IMG/VR virus record: IMGVR_UViG_3300023435_000009
Direction: 5' to 3' (one strand)
Source: a virus
Lineage: Duplodnaviria; Caudoviricetes
DNA: 64,000 nt
Made by a program: the position numbers and the translations under genes
Shown here: positions 48,463 through 54,727 of the stretch, piece by piece
Layout: the number at the start of each line of letters is the position of its first letter
Position numbering within the stretch: the stretch's first letter is position 1
Notes under the pieces: model-generated
What the model was told of the DNA's origin: nothing
The model's database searches: none
What the model saw: only the letters and a program-made list of their open reading frames with translations

Positions 48463-49130
48463 TCGTACAGCTTCAACTGGGGGACTGTGTAGAGCGGATG
48501 AAGACCCTCCCAGATTGCTCCATCGGGGCGGTGGTCAGCGATCCTCCTTATGGGCTGGAGTTCATGGGTGAGGACTGGGACAAGTTAGACATGCGGGGGA
48601 GCGCTTCCCGTCCGAACACATCCGAGTCCTCCACCTCTCGTTCTACGAGGGGGATGAATCACGGCATCCATGCGGGCAAACCTGCGTTGGATCTGACGTT
48701 GGATTCCCAGCGGGCGATGCAGGCGTGGCACCTTCAGTGGCTCCAGCAAGTCCACCGCATCCTTCAGCCAGGAGGGATCGCCAAGATATTCAGTGCCACC
48801 CGGACCTTCCACAGGCTCGCTGGAGCGATGACCGAGGCTGGATTGGAGATCCTCCGTCTGGAGATCTGGGACTATGGTTCAGGTTTCCCGAAGGGCCTCG
48901 ACGTGCCCCGTGCCTTGGATAAGCATCTTGGGGTTGAGCGCACTGTAGTGGCGGTAGGGCAACGCAAAGGTCGCTGTCCCCAGCCGATGTGGTGGGAGCA
49001 GGAAGACACTGTCGGTCAGCAGTGGGACATCACGGCCCCGACCTCCCCCCAGGCCCAGAGCTATGCTGGGTACAACACAGCGCTCAAGCCTGCGTGGGAA
49101 CCCTTCCTGGTAGGGAGAAAACCGCTGTGA
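48459..49130 (+). CDS. MTase module A4 (DPPY catalytic half)
   Basis: ATGA-coupled. SDPPYGLEFM. Ends WEPFLVGRKPL*. Confidence 0.85.
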   Translation: MIVQLQLGDCVERMKTLPDCSIGAVVSDPPYGLEFMGEDWDKLDMRGSASRPNTSESSTSRSTRGMNHGIHAGKPALDLTLDSQRAMQAWHLQWLQQVHRILQPGGIAKIFSATRTFHRLAGAMTEAGLEILRLEIWDYGSGFPKGLDVPRALDKHLGVERTVVAVGQRKGRCPQPMWWEQEDTVGQQWDITAPTSPQAQSYAGYNTALKPAWEPFLVGRKPL

Positions 49131-49756
49131 TCATCCAATACCAACTCGGGGACTGCGTTACTCTGATGCAGGAGCTTCCTGACGAGTCTGTGGGGGTTGT
49201 GGTCTGTGATCCACCTTACGGCCTTGGTTTTTTGAATCAGGAGTGGGATCACTTCCGAGACGGGACACAGGGATGGCACTCACAGTGGTTAGGGGAGGCA
49301 TTTAGGGTGCTCCAACCGGGGGGTCTCATCAAGGTGTTCACTGCCCCTAAGCTGATGCATCATTTGATAGTTGCGATGTCCTTTCAGTCCTTTGAGATCC
49401 TACATGTGGAGGCCTGGCTATATGGTAGCGGTTTCCCCAAATCACTGAGTGTCTCCAAGGCTGTAGACTCAGAGGTGTTGACGGGAAAAAGCAACTCGGT
49501 GGCTCTGGCTGTCAGCGAAAAAACTCGTCCTGTCGTAGGCCACAACCGTCGGGTCATTTCTGCGGGTCGGACGAAAGAGAATGAGGGATTACACGGGGGA
49601 GCAGCCTATTGGGAGCGTTGGAACAACTACCACCAGGGGGACGTTCCAGTCACGGTTGCTCGGAGCGATATAGCCCGGACCTTTGACGGTTACGGTACAT
49701 CTCTTCGTCCGGCCTGGGAGTCGTTGGTTGTAGCAAGGAGACAGGCATGTCTCTAG
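49127..49756 (+). CDS. MTase module A5 (DPPY catalytic half)
   Basis: GTGA-coupled. CDPPYGLGFL. Ends WESLVVARRQACL*. Confidence 0.85.
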   Translation: MIIQYQLGDCVTLMQELPDESVGVVVCDPPYGLGFLNQEWDHFRDGTQGWHSQWLGEAFRVLQPGGLIKVFTAPKLMHHLIVAMSFQSFEILHVEAWLYGSGFPKSLSVSKAVDSEVLTGKSNSVALAVSEKTRPVVGHNRRVISAGRTKENEGLHGGAAYWERWNNYHQGDVPVTVARSDIARTFDGYGTSLRPAWESLVVARRQACL

Positions 49757-50556
49757 TGCAACTTCAACTCGGGGACTGTGTAGAGAGGATGAGGGCTCTT
49801 CCTGATTGTTCCATCGGGACGCTCGTCAGTGACCCCCCCTATGGCTTGGAGTTCATGGGTCGGGAGTGGGACAAGCTCGAACCCCGCCGCAATCAGCAGC
49901 GCTGGAAAGGCACGGAACGGAAACTCATCGGGGACGGGTCCGGCGTCGGCGGTGACTTCGGGGCCAGGATGGGTGAGCTACCCTCCTACATCCCGAAGCG
50001 GAATGATCACTGCACCAAGTGCGGACACTACAAGTTCAGCGGGAACCCCTGCGTGTGTCCCACGCCCGAGTGGGAGAACCGGACGCTAGAGCACGTCGCC
50101 GCAATGCAAGCGTGGCACGAGGAGTGGCTTCAGGAGGTCTACAGAATCCTTCATCCCGGCGGGATCGCTAAGATCTTCAGTGGGTCTCGGACGTTCCATC
50201 GGTTGGCCGCAGCGATGGTTGCCGTGGGATTCGAGATGCTGCGGATCGAAGCGTGGGTTTATGGATCCGGCTTCCCGAAGTCCCACGACGTCTCACGGGC
50301 CTTGGACAAACACCACGGAGCGACACGAGCGATGGTTCGGATCGTGGGTAGTGGTGCCGGTCGGAACCCGAAGAGTATCGCCGGGGGCGAGGACATAGAG
50401 GGTGGGGATCGACCCTGGATGAGGCTCGCTCGGGAGCAGGGGTACTATGACAAAGAGGGTGGCGTCCCTGTGACTTCTGACGCCATCCGATGGGTGGGTA
50501 GGGGTACAGCCCTAAAACCCGCCTGGGAGCCCTTCCTGGTTGCAAGGAGGCCATGA
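49747..50556 (+). CDS. MTase module A6 (DPPY catalytic half)
   Basis: SDPPYGLEFM, CTKC...CVC insert. Ends WEPFLVARRP*. Confidence 0.85.
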   Translation: MSLVQLQLGDCVERMRALPDCSIGTLVSDPPYGLEFMGREWDKLEPRRNQQRWKGTERKLIGDGSGVGGDFGARMGELPSYIPKRNDHCTKCGHYKFSGNPCVCPTPEWENRTLEHVAAMQAWHEEWLQEVYRILHPGGIAKIFSGSRTFHRLAAAMVAVGFEMLRIEAWVYGSGFPKSHDVSRALDKHHGATRAMVRIVGSGAGRNPKSIAGGEDIEGGDRPWMRLAREQGYYDKEGGVPVTSDAIRWVGRGTALKPAWEPFLVARRP

Positions 50557-50843
50557 TGCCAGATCTTAGTGACATGGAGTGGGTCGTTTCCTATACGTCC
50601 CGAGGTTCAGAACTCGTCCACGAGACGGCTGCGGAATGGGACCAGCAGATCAAATCGCTCCCAACCTTTGCCCCACTAGACGACATCTACGCCGAGTTAG
50701 GACGACTCGGACGACCGGACATGGTTGACATTTTGAAGAAGGCCAGCATCGGGTTGGACGGAAAGGAACTCAACGCCTTGGTGGAGCTAATCCGGGCGGG
50801 AGTCTACTGGCAAGAAGGTCAGATGGAGTACAAACACCGATGA
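50553..50843 (+). CDS. Hypothetical protein (96 aa) inside the MTase array
   Basis: ATGA-coupled on both sides. Confidence 0.6.
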   Translation: MMPDLSDMEWVVSYTSRGSELVHETAAEWDQQIKSLPTFAPLDDIYAELGRLGRPDMVDILKKASIGLDGKELNALVELIRAGVYWQEGQMEYKHR

Positions 50844-51496
50844 TTATCATCACCGTAGCCCGTAAACCTCTGAGTGGTACTGTAGCCCAAACTGTGCAGG
50901 AGCATGGAACGGGCGCACTGAACATTGACGGTTGCCGCATCTCTACCGAGGGCGAGTCATTCGTGACCCCGTTGATCTCCTCTGTGGACAACCGGACGGG
51001 AGGAGACCGAGACCTGACCTTCTGGAGTCGGTCCAATGATGAGAGGTTTAAACAAGCCCAGCGGGAGAGCATCGAGCGGACTCGTTCACTGGGTCGGTGG
51101 CCCGCCAACCTGATCATCCAACATTCAGTGGATTGTACTTGCCGGGGCCAAAAGAGGGTAAAGGGGACCAACAATGCTTCTCTCGTCAATACGGTCGCCG
51201 GATCTCTCCCAACGAAGGTGGGGGCAGTAGGATTGAAAAGAGACGCTCCCGGAATCTATGGGTATTCCGACGCAGAGGGCATGGAGACGGTTCCTGACTG
51301 GCATTGTGATCTAGGGTGCCCCGTTTTGATGTTGGATGCCCAGAGCGGTGTTCACAAGTCTCCTCCTGTAGATCGTGGGGCGGATCGGGACAAGATCTCA
51401 GGGGGCACGGGTGCCTGCTACTGCTTCGCTGGACAGTCCCCAGGGTATGGTGACGTCGGTGGGGCATCCAGGTTCTTCAAACAGGTGAAGCGATGA
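50840..51496 (+). CDS. MTase module B4 (TRD-like)
   Basis: MIIITVARKPL...LNIDGCR...GRWPAN...WHCDLGCPV...ASRFFKQVKR*. Confidence 0.8.
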   Translation: MIIITVARKPLSGTVAQTVQEHGTGALNIDGCRISTEGESFVTPLISSVDNRTGGDRDLTFWSRSNDERFKQAQRESIERTRSLGRWPANLIIQHSVDCTCRGQKRVKGTNNASLVNTVAGSLPTKVGAVGLKRDAPGIYGYSDAEGMETVPDWHCDLGCPVLMLDAQSGVHKSPPVDRGADRDKISGGTGACYCFAGQSPGYGDVGGASRFFKQVKR

Positions 51497-52092
51497 TCGT
51501 GATCACCGTTGCCAGGAAGCCCTTGGAGGGCACTGTGGCCCAAACTGTGATGGGATACGGAACGGGTGGTCTGAACATTGGTGCCTGTCGCCTCCGAACC
51601 ACTGAGGTGGGGAAGGAGCGGGAGTACAAGGACCGGGAAGATCGAGAGAACTGGCGGATCACTGGAGGCTCCACGGGGAGTGGGGCGACATCCTCTGCGG
51701 GACGTTGGCCTGCTAACCTGATCCTCCAGCATCACCCTGACTGCGTTCGGTTGGGGACGGTGATGGTGGATGGTTTCAAGGGGCACACGGTCAAGGAACA
51801 AGCGGATGGTCACATCCAGTTCAACCACAAACCTCCTGGTTACGAGAAGGTGAACCACACGGATGCGGATGGGAAGGAGCCGGTGGAGACGTGGCATTGT
51901 GCTCCGGGTTGCCCCGTTCAGGCCCTGGATGGACAGAGTGGTGTTTCCACGAGCCAGGTTAGAGTAGAAGAGGGGGCAGGGGAGCATCTTGATCCCTCCC
52001 GAGAGGACTGGCGCTTCAAGAGAGTCCCTGGCGGTTATGTGGATACCGGGGGAGCATCGAGATACTTCAAAAGGATCGGAGGTCGATCATGA
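51493..52092 (+). CDS. MTase module B5 (TRD-like)
   Basis: MIVITVARKPL...GRWPAN...WHCAPGCPV...ASRYFKRIGGRS*. Confidence 0.8.
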   Translation: MIVITVARKPLEGTVAQTVMGYGTGGLNIGACRLRTTEVGKEREYKDREDRENWRITGGSTGSGATSSAGRWPANLILQHHPDCVRLGTVMVDGFKGHTVKEQADGHIQFNHKPPGYEKVNHTDADGKEPVETWHCAPGCPVQALDGQSGVSTSQVRVEEGAGEHLDPSREDWRFKRVPGGYVDTGGASRYFKRIGGRS

Positions 52093-52640
52093 TCGTTATC
52101 CATGTTGCAAGAAAGCCCCTCATCGGGTCCGTGGCCAAGAACGTTCTGGCACATGGCACAGGAGGTCTGAACATCGACGGTTGTCGGATCGGTTCAGACG
52201 AAGCGGGCTGGGGTGGACGTGGGGGTGGCCTCAAGAACTGGAACGACAAGGGGGTCGGAATGAAGGAGGGTGCTGCTCGTCCCGTCGTTGGACGTTGGCC
52301 CGCCAACCTTGTGTTGGAGCACACCCCACAGTGCAAACTGAAGGGGCGTCGTCCGATGTCTACCCTTGACGTTGTAGAACAGGGCACCATCGTGGATAGT
52401 GCAGGTTATGTGGAGATCTGGGATTGTGTGGAGGGGTGTCCCGCCAAGGAGACCGTCACACAAGGTGGCAGTTCCGACTTCTTCTTCCAGGTCCAGGGTA
52501 TTGAAGACCCGCCGGAGTACAGCCACGCCGCTGGGGATGTCGTCTGTCAAACGTGTGGGAAGCCCTACAGCGAGCATCCCCTGGATGCCCGTTATGACTG
52601 GCTGAACGTATTGTGTGATGGGTCGCTGGTGAAACTCTAG
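52089..52640 (+). CDS. MTase module B6 (TRD-like) with extra C-terminal Cys/His domain
   Basis: MIVIHVARKPL...GRWPAN...WDCVEGCP...SSDFFFQV, then AAGDVVCQTCGKPYSEHP...LNVLCDG.LVKL. Confidence 0.75.
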   Translation: MIVIHVARKPLIGSVAKNVLAHGTGGLNIDGCRIGSDEAGWGGRGGGLKNWNDKGVGMKEGAARPVVGRWPANLVLEHTPQCKLKGRRPMSTLDVVEQGTIVDSAGYVEIWDCVEGCPAKETVTQGGSSDFFFQVQGIEDPPEYSHAAGDVVCQTCGKPYSEHPLDARYDWLNVLCDGSLVKL

Positions 52641-53596
52641 GAAACCTTCCTGATGATCCGTTTGACGTGGCGACCCTTGTCCAACGTCCCTGGTTCCACC
52701 AGAACTTTAGTCCCGATTTTCAACCGGAGTTCCCTGAGACAGGTGTTGCAGATCCACCGGGTTGTTCCATCATCCAGCCACACCTTAATCGAAGCGACAT
52801 TCCCACAGGCTTGGGCGCTGATGATATCTGCGAAGGCCCTGTTCCTTTTGTTCGTGGCGACGTCCTTTTTTCGCACCACCCCGCATTTGCCCTTATGCGG
52901 TTTCGGAGGAGCATATTCTTCGGTCCTTTGGTACTCGAAGATGTACCGCACGATCACCTGATCGGGTGAGTAGACGACATTCTCATCGTGTTTGAGCTTC
53001 CCACCCCAGCTTGAGGTATGGCCCGCCACCCCGGCTACCGAGTGGAACCCTTCGGCTTGTACCTTGTCCAGGGTGTACTTTGTCGGGGACGGGCACTCCA
53101 GCACTTTTCCCAGGGCCGCATCCACCTGGAGGATATAGCAGGCATCTCCGCCACGGTATCGCCAGCCCCAGCCCGTGTATCCGAAGGCCTTGGTGGGGGA
53201 TCCCATGTAGATGCCGGAACCGAACAGGCAACCGCCTCGGCCCGTCTGCAAGCCCTTTCGGGTGATGTCCCCGATGTTGCGCGAGGTGGTCCCGTGGTAA
53301 AGGGATCGGACGTTCCCGACTTCCTGTGTCACCTCCGCAAAGAGGGCCTCCTGTTCCTCGGTGTTCTTGACCACCCAGGCTGCGGAACAAATGTAGCCCC
53401 GGTACCGAGGAGCCAGACTCCGTCGTGCCTTCCCGATGGCCAGAGGTTTGCCCTTCTCTTTGAACTCGGCCAAGACCCGGATCTTCCCCAGTGGGATGGG
53501 TTTGGGCGGTGGTGGGTCCGGCGGGACAGTACGAGGATCGATCCTTTTGCTCTGGGGTCGGCTCTTCCCGCTGCTCCTGTTCTTTCGTTTGCCCAT
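52637..53596 (-). CDS. PARP-like (H-Y-E) ADP-ribosyltransferase
   Basis: LYHGTT, LFGSGIYMG..TKAFGY, ILQVDAALGK, FHSV and HDENVVYSPDQV..RY align by eye with the PARP signature HGS / FGKGIYF..SKS.NY / NEYIVYD..QV..KY. Confidence 0.8.
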   Translation of the reverse strand: MGKRKNRSSGKSRPQSKRIDPRTVPPDPPPPKPIPLGKIRVLAEFKEKGKPLAIGKARRSLAPRYRGYICSAAWVVKNTEEQEALFAEVTQEVGNVRSLYHGTTSRNIGDITRKGLQTGRGGCLFGSGIYMGSPTKAFGYTGWGWRYRGGDACYILQVDAALGKVLECPSPTKYTLDKVQAEGFHSVAGVAGHTSSWGGKLKHDENVVYSPDQVIVRYIFEYQRTEEYAPPKPHKGKCGVVRKKDVATNKRNRAFADIISAQACGNVASIKVWLDDGTTRWICNTCLRELRLKIGTKVLVEPGTLDKGRHVKRIIRKVS

Positions 53597-53616
53597 GCAC
53601 CTCTCCTACACCTTTT

Positions 53617-53644
53617 CTACTCTAACTAGAGGGCGGATGATCCC
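53617..53644 (-). promoter_or_regulatory. Third copy of GGGATCATC-N12-AGAGTAG, upstream of the PARP-like gene
   Basis: Reverse complement of ctactct-aactagagggcg-gatgatccc. About 20 bp upstream of the start, with an AGGAGAGG RBS between. Confidence 0.6.
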
Positions 53645-53664
53645 GTGATGGAGTAGGATAACAC

Positions 53665-54264
53665 ATGGCGACGTTGAGAGAACGCATCGACCGGATTCAT
53701 AAAGAGATTGACATCACTCAGGTGTTGTCGGATCTGGGGTATCCAGTACATATGGGAGGGGGCTATCGGGAGCAGCAGTTCCCGTGTGACTTGCACGGTG
53801 ATGGGCACGACAACAAACCTTCGGCTCGGGTGTATCCTGAGTCATCTTCTTGGTACTGTTTTGGCTGCTCTAAGGCAAGAGACGCTATTGATACAATACA
53901 GGCTAAGGAGGGAATCACCTTCCATGAAGCCATCCGCAAACTGGAGGCAGACTACAATCTCCCGTCGCTTCCCTGGGACGATGATCGCCCCCTTCCCCCT
54001 TCGGAAACGCTACGGGGGACTGTTAAAGCTTCCGTGGATCCTACCAGGACGTTGGCAGATGACCTGAAAACGATCCGGTCCACGTTAGGTTGGATCACTG
54101 AAGAACGGTTGTTGGGGATGGACAGAACGCTTACGTTTTGGGAGGCCGTAGATCAGGTGGCTTACAAGGTAGAGAACGAGTTGATGCCGGAACAGATGGG
54201 CCGTCAGGTTCTGACGGTTTTCCAAGAGCGGTTGGATGGGGCTATTCAGGGGGGCGAAGGATGA
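53665..54264 (+). CDS. Stand-alone CHC2 (DnaG-type) zinc-binding domain protein
   Basis: FPCDLHGDGHDNKPSARVY...WYCFGC....DAI......EGITFHEAIRKL. No TOPRIM domain follows. Confidence 0.75.
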   Translation: MATLRERIDRIHKEIDITQVLSDLGYPVHMGGGYREQQFPCDLHGDGHDNKPSARVYPESSSWYCFGCSKARDAIDTIQAKEGITFHEAIRKLEADYNLPSLPWDDDRPLPPSETLRGTVKASVDPTRTLADDLKTIRSTLGWITEERLLGMDRTLTFWEAVDQVAYKVENELMPEQMGRQVLTVFQERLDGAIQGGEG

Positions 54265-54704
54265 GGATCTTCCTGGAGTTCAAGCTGCAAACCGCTGAGT
54301 GGGGTGAGGTGCCAGTTTCCAGGATCCTCCCTACCCCAGATGAACCGCTGTGGGGCCGAGCGGCACCGCTGCGGGACACGCCGTGGGGGGGTGGGATCCA
54401 AACCGTGTCCGGCGAGGATTTCTCCAATGCCCTGCACGGACACGTCGTGCCGTTGGTTCGTTCGCTGGGTACCCCTCCGGCAGTCAGGTTGCGCCGTATC
54501 CCCGAGGGATGGCGCACCTGTGACATGTCGAATGGGTGCATCTCGTACAAGCCAGAAAACTGCCACCCCTGCAAGGATCTCCCGGACTGTTACGTTCCTC
54601 CTCAGGTGTCCTCGGACGCCCTGGCGTTGGCAACCCACGTTGTCCTCGCCTGGAGGGACGGATTTCATGTGGTTGTTGTGAAGGGCGGAGAGTTCACGCT
54701 GTAG
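54261..54704 (+). CDS. Hypothetical protein with Cys cluster
   Basis: ATGA-coupled. C..(M)..GC......CHPC...PDCY.P. Confidence 0.55.
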   Translation: MRIFLEFKLQTAEWGEVPVSRILPTPDEPLWGRAAPLRDTPWGGGIQTVSGEDFSNALHGHVVPLVRSLGTPPAVRLRRIPEGWRTCDMSNGCISYKPENCHPCKDLPDCYVPPQVSSDALALATHVVLAWRDGFHVVVVKGGEFTL

Positions 54705-54727
54705 AGTAGGACAAGGGTGGAGGAAAG

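Noticed and set aside
44861-52640. Stop-codon reassignment or readthrough as the cause of the fragmented MTases
   Set aside because: Junctions change frame (ATGA/GTGA overlaps), each module has its own start with a duplicated strand, and TAA, TGA and TAG all end ordinary genes in this window.
43502-52640. Assembly or sequencing frameshifts breaking intact MTase genes
   Set aside because: Module order (C first and single; A-A-A and B-B-B runs) cannot be repaired into full genes by frameshift correction, and breakpoints recur at the same residues. Read mapping would still be the final check.
43502-52640. Invertase-driven shufflon
   Set aside because: All modules are co-oriented, the shared blocks are direct rather than inverted repeats, and no recombinase gene was recognised in the window.
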